A stretch of DNA of 63,676 nt, filler included. It is 10 parts of 10 records of this genome, joined end to end, with 100 filler letters (N's around TTAATTAATTAA, not from the genome) between each part and the next. Parts side by side here need not be neighbours in the genome. Positions count along the whole stretch, not along the records: positions 1 to 5,985 come from SRR7504441_74; positions 6,086 to 13,904 come from SRR7504441_84; 8 more parts are not named here. One strand, 5' to 3'. Each line of letters begins with the position of its first letter. Within the stretch, counting starts at the first letter, position 1. The translations under genes and the position numbers were made by a program. Of the stretch, positions 1-10,102 are shown one piece after another. The notes beneath the pieces are model-generated. The model did not search any database. It had not been told where the DNA came from and was given only the letters and a program-made list of their open reading frames with translations.

Positions 1-636
1 ATGGATCAGCCGATGCGCAAAGTAAAAGTGCAGCTCGCGATAAATCGGGACCAGGAATATAGCCAGCGCGAACTGGACCGCCCCGCCCACCGAACTGAAC
101 GCCTGCTCGTCCGACAGGTACGGCAGCCGGCCGGTGGCGTAGCAGTGGACCACCGCAGCTTCCCATACCGTCCACTGGAGCGCACCCATCAGCGTGTACC
201 AGGTGTTGTGCAGCAGCTTGTGCCAGGACCACTTGCGGTCCGGCTTGAACGGCCGCGAGCCGAACCCGAGCCAGTACAGGCTTACATGCCAGAATCCAAA
301 GTAGCCGAAAACGATGCACACGTTCACCACGGCCCGGTAGGCCACCCAGCCGACCGCCCATGTCTTGGCGGCCTCGTAGTCGTAGGGAAAGCAGAAGTAA
401 TCAAGCAGCGCCACCGCCAGCCAGACCAGATTGGGCGAGAAGACCAGCGACCGACCCGAGAGCAGCGCCCACCAGTCCGGGTTGTGGGTGAGCCCGCTGG
501 CGGTCTGGTCCGAGTGGCCGGGCTGCTTGGCCTGGTCCACCCAGAGCGGCGGCTTGAAGAACGAGCCCTGCACCGTCCCGCCCAGCCCCTCGAGCAGCGC
601 GCCCCCCTCCCGGCCCTTGCCCGAGCCGCGTCCCAT
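1..636 (-). CDS. Sterol desaturase / fatty acid hydroxylase superfamily membrane protein (3' end runs off the window)
   Basis: Hand translation from ATG at 636 (MGRGSGKG...) is open to base 1, has hydrophobic segments and ends ...IYRELHFYFAHRLIH, the first His box of the family. It is absent from the ORF track because no stop lies in the window. Confidence 0.8.
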   Translation of the reverse strand, partial: MGRGSGKGREGGALLEGLGGTVQGSFFKPPLWVDQAKQPGHSDQTASGLTHNPDWWALLSGRSLVFSPNLVWLAVALLDYFCFPYDYEAAKTWAVGWVAYRAVVNVCIVFGYFGFWHVSLYWLGFGSRPFKPDRKWSWHKLLHNTWYTLMGALQWTVWEAAVVHCYATGRLPYLSDEQAFSSVGGAVQFALAIFLVPIYRELHFYFAHRLIH

Positions 637-803
637 CTTCAATGGCGTGGAGCACCCTGGGAGACAGAGGGTCCTGCGGACAGACCTTTGCCGTTAATTC
701 TGTCCGTTGGAAATCAACGGCAGGGAGCTTGCCGTAACGCACAGGGCGGCTTGGTTGGGCTGGGCTTGCGGTCAAGCCCCGCGCCTTAGGGCTTCTGGGC
801 GGG

Positions 804-2024
804 ATGGGGAGGAGCGTGCATCTTCGGGTGGAAGAGATCGACTACGATGCCCTGCAGGCCCACTTCCACATGCCGATGGCCGACGCGGCCAAGAAGTTTG
901 GGGTAAGCCTGACGCTCTTCAAATCCATCTGCCGCAAAAACGGCATCCAGCGATGGCCGCACCGCAAGCTGCGGAGCTTGCACAACAAGATCGCCGACCT
1001 GCAAAACCGGCTCGGCGACCACCCCGGCGGCACCGAGCAACACCTGCGCCGCCGGCTAGATGAGCTGCAAGGTCTCGAGTTGCCGCCCGGCGAAGGCCTC
1101 GCTGCTGTCAAGCGGCTGCGGCTGGACGAGGGGGGCGAGCCGCCGCTCGAGTCGGAGGAGAGTAGTTCGGCCAGCTCGGTCAAGACCAATGGGAATAGCA
1201 CCGAGCCCGCCCGCCGGCCGCCCAGCTCTTACGAGGAGCTGAAGAAGCATTTCTACCTCCCGCTGACCGAGGCGGCCAAGAACTCGGGAGTGTCGTCCAC
1301 CGTCTTCAAAAAGATCTGCCGCAAGAACGGGATCCGCAAGTGGCCGCACCGCAAGCTCAAGTCGCTACAGAGCAAGATCACCGATCTGCAAGCTCGGATC
1401 CAGAGTAATCATGGAGTCCAACAAGAGGCCGAGCTGCAGCGGCGGCTGGACGAGCTGAGCTGGATGGACGCTGAGCACGCGCGCGGGCTGGACTTTGCCT
1501 GTCAGTTGGACCCCGAGGATGACGACCAGCTCGAGACTCATGTCAAGCCCGAGCCCGAAGAGCCGGATGAGCCGCACAATCCGCTGGTGCAGGCGATGCC
1601 ACGGGTGCAGTCAGTGGAGATGCTGTGCGAGATGATCCAGGACTCGCCCGGCAGCCACATACCGCGGATCATGTCCACCGAGGCGCTGTGCGATATGGAG
1701 AAGTACGCGCCTCCGATGTCTCGGGTGCAGTCCGCAGAGGCACTATGCGACCTGCAGGACGCAGGGATGATCACCTGCTGGGTAGGCCCGGAGGGGTGGA
1801 ACGAGAACTTTAGCGCGGGCAACACCCCGGTGGCTGCGCCTCAGAATGTCAGCCAAGACTGGCAGAGTGGTGTGAACGAGCTCGACTTGAACGACCTCCA
1901 CTTAGACGACGACCCCATGGGCGTGCTTGACGAGCCGCACGGGATGGGGATGCCGATGGGGATGCCGATGGGCCGGTTAGCTGAGGATGAAGAGGTCGAC
2001 TATGGGATCGGGAGCTCGTTATAG
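804..2024 (+). CDS. RWP-RK transcription factor with two RWP-RK domains
   Basis: HFHMPMADAAKKFGVSLTLFKSICRKNGIQRWPHRK and HFYLPLTEAAKNSGVSSTVFKKICRKNGIRKWPHRK, followed by an acidic C-terminus. Intronless, 406 aa. Confidence 0.92.
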   Translation: MGRSVHLRVEEIDYDALQAHFHMPMADAAKKFGVSLTLFKSICRKNGIQRWPHRKLRSLHNKIADLQNRLGDHPGGTEQHLRRRLDELQGLELPPGEGLAAVKRLRLDEGGEPPLESEESSSASSVKTNGNSTEPARRPPSSYEELKKHFYLPLTEAAKNSGVSSTVFKKICRKNGIRKWPHRKLKSLQSKITDLQARIQSNHGVQQEAELQRRLDELSWMDAEHARGLDFACQLDPEDDDQLETHVKPEPEEPDEPHNPLVQAMPRVQSVEMLCEMIQDSPGSHIPRIMSTEALCDMEKYAPPMSRVQSAEALCDLQDAGMITCWVGPEGWNENFSAGNTPVAAPQNVSQDWQSGVNELDLNDLHLDDDPMGVLDEPHGMGMPMGMPMGRLAEDEEVDYGIGSSL

Positions 2025-2422
2025 CGTGGCTCAAGGTTGTATCCTGTGTGCTACAACTGTAGCTGTTCGGGTTTATATCATTATAGAGAGAGACAGACAC
2101 CAGTTAGTCATCACCAAGGCGCCCGAGGCGTCGTCTGATGGCTGCTCACCGCTTTTTTCTTGATTGAAAAGGCACTATGGCGACGTTGGCAGGATAACGG
2201 TTTAGCCATAGTAATCTGATCTTTTGAGTAAAACTCTACTTGAGTCTGTACACCGTATTGAGAGCCATTTATTATAACGACAGTCGCATGGCATGCTCTG
2301 ACCAAGCACGCGTGCAATTATTTGCGTCCTAACTTCATCAATTCATCACTTATTATTGTCCGGTTCTACCTGCGCTCTCTTGCTTTGTCTCTTCTTGGGC
2401 GCCATAGGTTAATTGGGTTAGT

Positions 2423-3759
2423 TTATCTTGGGGCCTCTTGGACAGCATGGCTTGGCCTACGAGCAACACCAGCATCGTCATCCCCAACGCACTGCAACAT
2501 AGTACACATGTCACGGGCGCCACAGACCACCTCGCACCCGGCAACCTTGGGCACTGGCCGAGTCATTCTCAACCGATTTGACCTCTTGATGAGCCAGGAG
2601 GCACACAGCAGCAGCTGCTCGTAAAACATAAACATAATCGCAGTGTTGCTCACAGTCTGAACCATCTTCGATCGAAGCCCCTGCCCGGGCTGAGCTTGGC
2701 CAGCGGCTCACTGGCACCTGGAAGAAGCCCAGCGGGCCCTGCGACTGGAGCAGCTCCCAGCCCTCCACCAGGATCCCCCGGCTGTTGCTCTCTCGAGTTA
2801 TTGACTGCATCACCTGGCCACTCGGGTTCAGCCCAGCCAGCCGCCTCGGTCCCGCCTGCATAGGATAGGTAATAACAGTAGCCACGGTCTTGGCCAACGC
2901 CCCCAGCATGAACGCTTGCCCCGGCTGCGACCGGCTCACCCGCAACTCGCCGGCGGGATGACTGACCGTCAGCACGCTGTGTCCTCGCCTCAGGATGGGC
3001 GCCCTGAGCTTCTCATAAACACTAAACTACGCCCCGAGCTCCGCCAGGCCCGGGAGCCCTGCGGTGCCTGGATCGCCGGGTTGGAGCACAGCACGATCGA
3101 GGAAGGCAGCCCGGCAAACAGCCCGGACAGCCCCTCCTTGTCCACGAGCCTGCGCGGCCGTCAGCAGGCAGCAGCCCAGGCTCGCACTGGCGGAGCAGCC
3201 CCGGCATCCCTTCCCCGCCGCCGTCGGTGCTCTGGGCCAGCTTCATCCGGTGTGAGACGGTCTGACCGGCCCAATAGGCGGCCGGCTCGCTCCTGAGGCA
3301 CCCAGAGCGGATTCGTGATCACGGCGTTCAGCACTCCAGCCACAAACGCCAGCCAAAGGTTGGCCGCCACTCGGATCGGCCGGCCGGTGCGCGCCCGGGC
3401 CGTTTTGAGCGTGTTGTATATGTACATGTAGAGCAGTTGGGAGCTGCCCAGCGCCACAAGCGTCGGGTAGAGTCCCTGCGGCCCCAGCTGCTCACCCACG
3501 CCTGAGGACGGGGGCAGGCGCCTTATAGAAGTTGCGCCAGCCGCCGGGCGAGCTGAGAGTGCTCCGGACAGCCTCTCTGAACCCGAGTTTGGCCGATGCG
3601 TTTACTGGGCCCGGGGCTGGTGGCCGGCCGGCCAGCCGGGGGACCTTGTTGCTTCTGCCGGATCACGTCGAGCGGGTAGATCAGCGTCATGGCCAGCAGC
3701 GAGCCGCCGGCCCCGGCCACCGCGTGGCTCATCGGCGTCGCCTCAAAGTCGTCACCCAT
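2423..3759 (-). CDS. Mitochondrial-carrier-family (SLC25) protein, peroxisomal PMP34/PXN-like; about 8 short introns
   Basis: The spliced reconstruction gives three carrier repeats (YPLDVIR, TNPLWTV, TYPMQVM) and PMP34-like motifs LCSNPAIQFSVYE, FMLGALAKTVATVITYP and GLRSKMVQTV. Introns are 37-46 nt, e.g. 3476-3521, 3027-3067, 2814-2855. Confidence 0.85.
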
Positions 3760-3909
3760 CCTGGTCGGCGCAACCCCCTGGCCGGTCTTCGCGCGACGGC
3801 CTCGCCAGGCCTGCCGTTGCAGCAGGCGGCGCCACCAGGGGGTTGGCGTGGCGAGCAGTTAGGCGGCAGCGGCCCGGGAGACAGACCGGCTGCGGCTCCG
3901 GCTGCCAGG

Positions 3910-5985
3910 ATGGACCCGCAGGCCCGGGATCTGATCGCCCAGGCCGACGCTATGCTCGCCAAGACCCGTGCCCGCCGGGCGGTCCGCGGTGCGAGCAGCA
4001 GCCCGCCAGGCCCCAGCCCGAGCCCGCTGCGCCAGCCGACCCCCGGGCGGCCGGAGACAGGGGCGGCGCGGCTGCTGCTGGACGACATGCTGGCCGAGGC
4101 CTTCGACGCCGCCTGGGAGAGCTCGCCTGAGGGCATCCCCAGGCCGATGGGCGCGTCGGGCGAGGGGCAGTCCGGCGGGCGGCAGCCGGCTGAGCCGAGG
4201 GCGGCTGGCGGGCCTGCTGGCGCCGGGCCACCGGGTGTGGAGGTCGTGGGCTGGACCGCCGAAGAGGCCGTGCTGGACGAGGAGGAGGACGAGGAGGGCG
4301 AGGAGGAGGACGAGGAGGAGGAGAGGGTGCACTGGACGGCGCTGTCCGAGGAGGAGCTGGACGAGTACCTGCGCAAGCTGTTCTACATCGCGGACAGCAG
4401 CGGGGACGGGCTGCTCCAGCCGGCCGAGTTCCAGTCGCTGCTGGACAAGGCGAGTGTCGAGCTGCCTGCCGGGCTACTCTCTCAGGTACCAGCCAGTGCT
4501 GCACTGGGGGATGACTGGCGGCTGCAGGGGTTCGAACAGGTGGACGCCAACAGGGACGGGGCGATTGAGTACGACGAGTTCATCCAGGCCGTGCACGGCT
4601 GCCTCAGGCCGGCCCAGTCCGCACAGGCGCCCCTGAGAGTCGATCTCCCGAGCCAACCAGCTGCGTCGATCGAACCAGCCGGACAGCCTACCGGAGCTGT
4701 GCCTACCGGAAGGCTGCCCGCTGCAACGGTGGAGCCTCACGGGCAGGGAGCAGTGGCCAATGGCTTGCCGGCGAGCTCGTCGTGGGGTGAGAGCCCTGCG
4801 CCTTCTGGCACCCCTGCACGCCAGCTGGTGCCTCGCAAGCTGGAGCCGTCGCCTGAGCTGCTCAGCCCCGGTGCCTCGGTCGACGCCTCGCCGGGGCAGT
4901 CGATTCAATCAGCCGAGTTGCCGCTGGCATTACGGGCGAGCGATCCTCCGAGCAGAAGAGCCCCAGAGACGGATCGGGCTGCAGTGGTCGAAATCCTGGC
5001 CCATCAGATGAGTAGCGCAGGGGAGGTGGCCGAGAGGGCGCAGGCGCTCGAGCAGCAAATTGGCGTCGAGCTCGGGCAGCTGCGCTCGCTATTGGCGCTG
5101 TCTGAGCAAACGGTCGCGGGTTTGCAGCAAGCAGAGCAGCCTGGGCAGGCAGCGCTGATGGTGGCTGATGGCCTGGGGAGCCGACAAGCCGGATTGGTTG
5201 GGCTGGGTGAGGATGTGGGGGCTGGCGAGTCGGGGCTTGCTCTGACGGGTGAGGGTGGGGGAGAGAGAGTGGGGCAGTGTGGGGCACTGGTGGCAGGCGA
5301 GGAGGCAGAGTTTGGAGAAAGTCTGGAGGGACAGCAGATGTGGAGTGGTTCTGACCAGCCAATGCTTACAGCTGCTGCCCAGATAGGTATGCAGCTCAGT
5401 TTTGATGATGAAATGAGCAATGATGAGATGTCACTAGTGCGACAAGGAGGAAGTGGGGGGAGTAACGCAGTCAGTGTCGACTCTGAAGGGCTGGACCAGG
5501 GAGCAAAGACAATGCTTGCTCTCAAAGACGAGACTAGGATAGCTGAACAAGATATTGAGGCACTAAAAGCTAAGATTTCGATGCAAACAAAGGAGTTCTC
5601 TGCCGACCAGGCTGAACAGCATCAAAAGCGCCAGGATCTGAGCAAGGTGCTGTCAACAGCCAGGATGACAGCACAGGCGCTCGAGGCGGAGCTCATGTCC
5701 AAGCTGGCGGAGCACGACATTCCTGAAAGAATCACTGCCGACCTTGAGAAGGAGCTGACCAAGGTGAGGAGCTGGATCCAGTCAGTCGAGTCTGACCTTG
5801 CAGCACTCGAGCAGGAGCGCGTATCGAATGAGCAACAGCAGGAGACAGTCATGGCACTCCTGGAGTCTGATCTTAGCCTGGCCAGAGCACGAGTACAAGC
5901 TTTGACGGCAGAGGTGCAGTCCAAACACGAAGAGACAGTTGCTGGCGGCAGAGCAGGCAGAGGGGCTGCCGATAATGATTCAGGA
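3910..5985 (+). CDS. EF-hand pair plus coiled-coil protein (3'-truncated at contig end)
   Basis: ATG at 3910 (MDPQARD). EF loops DSSGDGLLQPAEF and DANRDGAIEYDEF, with a probable in-frame 42-nt intron at 4486-4527 between them. C-terminal heptad-rich region. Confidence 0.7.
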
Positions 5986-6085
5986 NNNNNNNNNNNNNNN
6001 NNNNNNNNNNNNNNNNNNNNNNNNNNNNNTTAATTAATTAANNNNNNNNNNNNNNNNNNNNNNNNNNNNNNNNNNNNNNNNNNNN
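5986..6085. other. Artificial contig-join linker
   Basis: 44 N + TTAATTAATTAA (stops in all six frames) + 44 N. Confidence 0.97.
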
Positions 6086-8448
6086 GGCAGTGCGCGAATG
6101 AGGCCCCGGCGGCCGCCAGCGCTGCGCACCGGGGCCAAGTCACCGCGCACCGGGTTCGGCCGGCTGCTGGGCTCGCCGCGCGGGCTCACCGGACTGGCCG
6201 GCTCGCCCGGGAGCCCTTGCTCGCTGGAGGGCAGCCCCCGCTCCTCCGGGCTGTCCCCCCGCGGCTCTTCGCTGCTCTCCCCCCGGTCGCCGGGTGCGGC
6301 CGACACGCCGACTCTGGTGGCGCAGCGGAGCATCTCGCTCATGTCGGACCGCGGCCGCCAGGTGCCCGCCGGGGCTGGCCGGCTCAGCCGCCGGGGCAGG
6401 TGGCGCTGGCAATCGCGGGGAGCACCGGGGAGGAGCTGCTCAAGGTGCTGGACCAGGGGTGCGAGGACGACTCGTTCTCGCCGCACGACATCGTGGTGGT
6501 GGTACACGCGATCCGCAGGCACAAACAGGACCCGCTGGTGGGGCCCGGACGGCGCGGGGGCCGAGCGCTGGGGCAGGTGGTGGCGCACGCGGCGGGGGTG
6601 ATCGGGGACGTGATTCAAAAGGACCCAGAGACGTCGCTGGACGCGCTGCTGGCTTGCAACGGCCTTCAGGTGCTCTATCCGCGTGGCGCTGGCCGCTGAT
6701 GCTGCAATGCAGCGCCTGCTGGACGTGCAGCAGCTGCACAAAGAGGACTCGGAAGTGGCTCCGGTGCTAGGGCAGGCTGATTCAGGCGCAGGTCGAGTTC
6801 AACGTTGTATATGCCCTACGGTGGCTCATCACCCTAGGGAAGCGCAAGCACAGGGCAGCCTTGAAACGCAGCCTGGTGACTCGGGTGCTGTAGTTGCGTG
6901 CTCATTCTGCTCTTCAGGATGCAACAATTTTAGGGTTAGGCGCAGGATGGTTTGGGCACTCAGATGGAGGGATTGCAGAAATCGGTCGAATTGTGCGAGA
7001 AGCGGCGGTAGGCACAAGCTGCGGGTGGCATCGCTCATGCTGGGTGTCAGGCGGAAATCAAACGGGAGGAAGATGCTGAAAACATGCGGATAATCCAGGA
7101 GCAGCAAGCGGAGATAAGAATTCAGCTGCTCGATGAGCTCAACTATCGCATTGAATGCGAGGCAGCAATCGAGGCTGCTAGGCTCGCGGCCATCAGGGAA
7201 TTAGAAGAGCGAAATGAGGCTATCATAGCTCTCCCGGTTGTGGAGCAAGCAGAAGCGCTTGCAGAGCTTGCATTGGAAGACCGGGCAGTGGTGCTAGCAG
7301 CGATGCATGTCGGCGCTCGGGCTACTGTCCTGAGAGTCATGCCATTTCAGTTACGGTCAGATACACTTGCAGCGCTGGAGCACGGCATGCTAGAGGAGAC
7401 TATTAAGGCACTAGAGACTGCAGAGCAAGAGGAGATAAAGGCTAAGCGAGAGGCCAAAATGAAGGAAGATGCAGAGGTCGCCATTAGTGCATAGATCGGT
7501 ATGGGTTTCACTTATGCTTGCTGTGCAGAAGAAGGAGAAACACCTACTAAGAACCATCAGACAGCAGCAAACTTCAAATGCTCGTAAGAGTGCAAAGTAC
7601 TACAAAATAGACGAGACCCCTCCTCCAGTGAGGAAAGCTGAAAAGGAGGCGAAGAGAGCGAAAGCAAAAGCACAGGAAAAGGCGAAGGAAGAAGCTAAGA
7701 TAAAGGCACAGGAAGCTGCAGAGGAGAAGGCTAAGGAGACAGAAAAAGAGAGGCTGTCATTCCTTGATGGCCTGCTGGATGATAGCCCAGCTCCTATGCC
7801 AGTGCCTCATAGCAGCCCCCCTATTAGTAGTACAGAAGACGAGGAAACTCATACAAGCGTCAGAGCGAGCCCTCCACCACAAACAGAGTGCTTTGAATTC
7901 AGTTCAGCTCCACAAATTGCTCCCAACACTGGAGCCACAGGCACTGCCAGTCTGGTTGGCAGGCCTCTGAACAGGCGTGTGCAGAAAGCGAGGATGACAG
8001 CACGTGGCTGCCAGGCTATCTTGACACACCTATGTCTCATGATCTTGATCAGGTGTGACAAGATAGGCGGGCGCGTGACTAGATGGCCACTGCCAGCATG
8101 GGCTGATCCTGCTGCTATGTATAGGACTGTTTGGAACATACATTTGGGAGCTTGACCATTGGTACAGCAAATGTAAGTGACTGCCACCTACCGGACTACA
8201 ACCCCGATCTAGAAGCCTCTGGTTCATTGTTCCCACTTGGGGAGTCCGGCGGGTCCGCGACAGTGCAAGAAGGGACTGAGCAATTGCACGAGAAGTTCGA
8301 AGAGATACAATGGATTGAAAACGTGCTTGGTGCTCTCGAGTTGGATCACCTGAAATCCGTTCGCGCGTTCATTCAACATCACTTTGCTCTCGCTTGCTCT
8401 AACATAACGCATGACAATTTACAGACACACAGTACGACAGACAAGTAA
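6086..8448 (+). CDS. Multi-exon hypothetical protein (helical/coiled-coil, K/E-rich tract), probably 5'-truncated
   Basis: Consecutive coding-like + strand segments (6217-6699, 7084-7494, 7469-8155, 8131-8448) are separated by short GT..AG-like stretches. No recognised family. Confidence 0.45.
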
Positions 8449-8685
8449 AAGACAAGAGTCGCTTGCATATATATGAATCATGATTCTATCGACTGCTTAC
8501 ATGTACAAGCTGCCTCCGAGTACTCGTTAGTATAGCGTTAGTACTCGCATAATTATGGTGGGTTCCTCCGTAGGTTCTTCCGCCAGCATGTTTTACCCTT
8601 CTGTCGATTAGCGTCACACTCAGCTGTCTAGGCCAAGGCTAGGCTGGTACTAATTACTAAGTAGCTCTAGATAGTACACGCCTGC

Positions 8686-10023
8686 TTAGGATTTCAATTG
8701 GGTGGCACATGTTGCATGAGGACCAACACAATGCAACAAGATACAGAAAAAGTGCATGATCGAGCCTATCATCACAAACACATGCCAGACCACGTGGCTG
8801 CTCGGGTGCCAGTTCTCAGCCAAAAAGAAGACCACTCCAAATGTGTATGCGTAGCCGCCATGCACCAGCAGCTGGTGCCCGTCTGGGCCCAGTTCGCGCT
8901 CCAGGTCGCCCCATACACAGACCGCCGCCCAGCCCATGATCAAGTAGAGCGCGAGCTCAACACACAGGTTGAGCCCCGGCCGGGCCTTGATCCACTCTAG
9001 GTGCATCCCGAGGTACGCCCAAGCTATCCCGAGCCCCGCCAGCGACCACTCTAGCACAGCAAGTGAGCCGCCCCTGAGTGGAAATTGAAGCGTGATCAGG
9101 CAGAACGGGGTGTAGCTCCCGGCAATCAGCAGGTATATCGCCGAGTGGTCCAACACTCCGAAGATCCAGCGCGGCCGCTCGGTCATGAACATTGCGTGGA
9201 AGAGCGTCGAGGCTACGTAAAGCCCGAGCAGCGCCGTCACGTACAGCAAGCAGCTCCAGAACTGGATGGGCCCGTCGCACCGGCTGAGCAGCGCGGGCGC
9301 GCCGCATAGTGTGAGCACCACGCCGAGCCCGTGCGTGATGCTGCTGGCGATCTCCTCGGCATAGTTGTTGCCCTCGTTCCTCAGGCAGCATCCGTGCCCG
9401 AGCGCTCGTGTGACCTTGAGCACCTGATCGTGGTGCAGCCAGTTGTACGATAAGTCGAGCTGAGCCAGGCCGCCGCCCCCCAATCCGTCGGCCAGCACCG
9501 CGCACCCCTTGTTCCCAAAGCTGTTCCCGGCCAGATCGCACCGTCGCACGCTCGAGCCGGCCAGCCCGGGCACCAGCTCAGAAAGGCCGCGAAGCGTCAG
9601 CCCGCACCACGGCAGCTCGAGCGCGGTGAGCGACTGCTGCTCGCGCAGGATGGCCCGGAGCGTCCAGGCGTCCACGTCGCCCGCCCCGCCTGCCAGCCGG
9701 CGCCCGAGCGTGTGCTGGTCGGGGGCCAGTCTGAGGGTGCGCACGGCGGGGGCCAGGCTGAATACCCCGAGCAACGGGGCCAGGCAGCCGGGCCCGGCCT
9801 GCTCGGTGGCCATGGTGAGCGTGTCGAACTCGGACTGGAGGCAGGCGCTCACCACCGGGTCAGGTCGCCGGCGGAGCAGCCAACACCGCTGCTGATACAG
9901 CGCCACCGCCGGGTGGGCTCGGGGCGCCAGCTGGCAGGACGGGGTCGGCTCGTCCAAGGGCAGCGGCTCGTGCGGCGGGGATTGCTCCTCCAGCAGCTCG
10001 AGCTCCTCGAGCGGCGGCACCAT
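8686..10023 (-). CDS. Hemolysin-III/PAQR family 7TM protein with N-terminal leucine-rich repeats
   Basis: EEIASSITHG, ASTLFH, LDHSAIYLLIAGSYTPF and HVVWHVFV are HlyIII motifs. Upstream RNI-like LRRs: LTALELPWCGL, CDLAGNSFGNKG, LDLSYNWL. First in-frame ATG is at 10023 (the track start 10056 is TTG). Confidence 0.85.
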   Translation of the reverse strand: MVPPLEELELLEEQSPPHEPLPLDEPTPSCQLAPRAHPAVALYQQRCWLLRRRPDPVVSACLQSEFDTLTMATEQAGPGCLAPLLGVFSLAPAVRTLRLAPDQHTLGRRLAGGAGDVDAWTLRAILREQQSLTALELPWCGLTLRGLSELVPGLAGSSVRRCDLAGNSFGNKGCAVLADGLGGGGLAQLDLSYNWLHHDQVLKVTRALGHGCCLRNEGNNYAEEIASSITHGLGVVLTLCGAPALLSRCDGPIQFWSCLLYVTALLGLYVASTLFHAMFMTERPRWIFGVLDHSAIYLLIAGSYTPFCLITLQFPLRGGSLAVLEWSLAGLGIAWAYLGMHLEWIKARPGLNLCVELALYLIMGWAAVCVWGDLERELGPDGHQLLVHGGYAYTFGVVFFLAENWHPSSHVVWHVFVMIGSIMHFFCILLHCVGPHATCATQLKS

Positions 10024-10102
10024 CGCACCGCACCACTGTTCGGAGTCCAGATCCAACCGCGGTCAACATCGTGCACCTCGCACGGAGCGGGTAACCCACG
10101 CG

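Noticed and set aside
1-789. 262-aa + strand ORF in the track
   Set aside because: It is the antisense shadow of the minus-strand desaturase-family gene, which has recognisable motifs.
3532-3909. N-terminal extension of the 833-aa ORF overlapping the carrier gene
   Set aside because: It starts at a non-ATG codon and overlaps the first exons of the opposite-strand gene. ATG 3910 fits the divergent-pair pattern.
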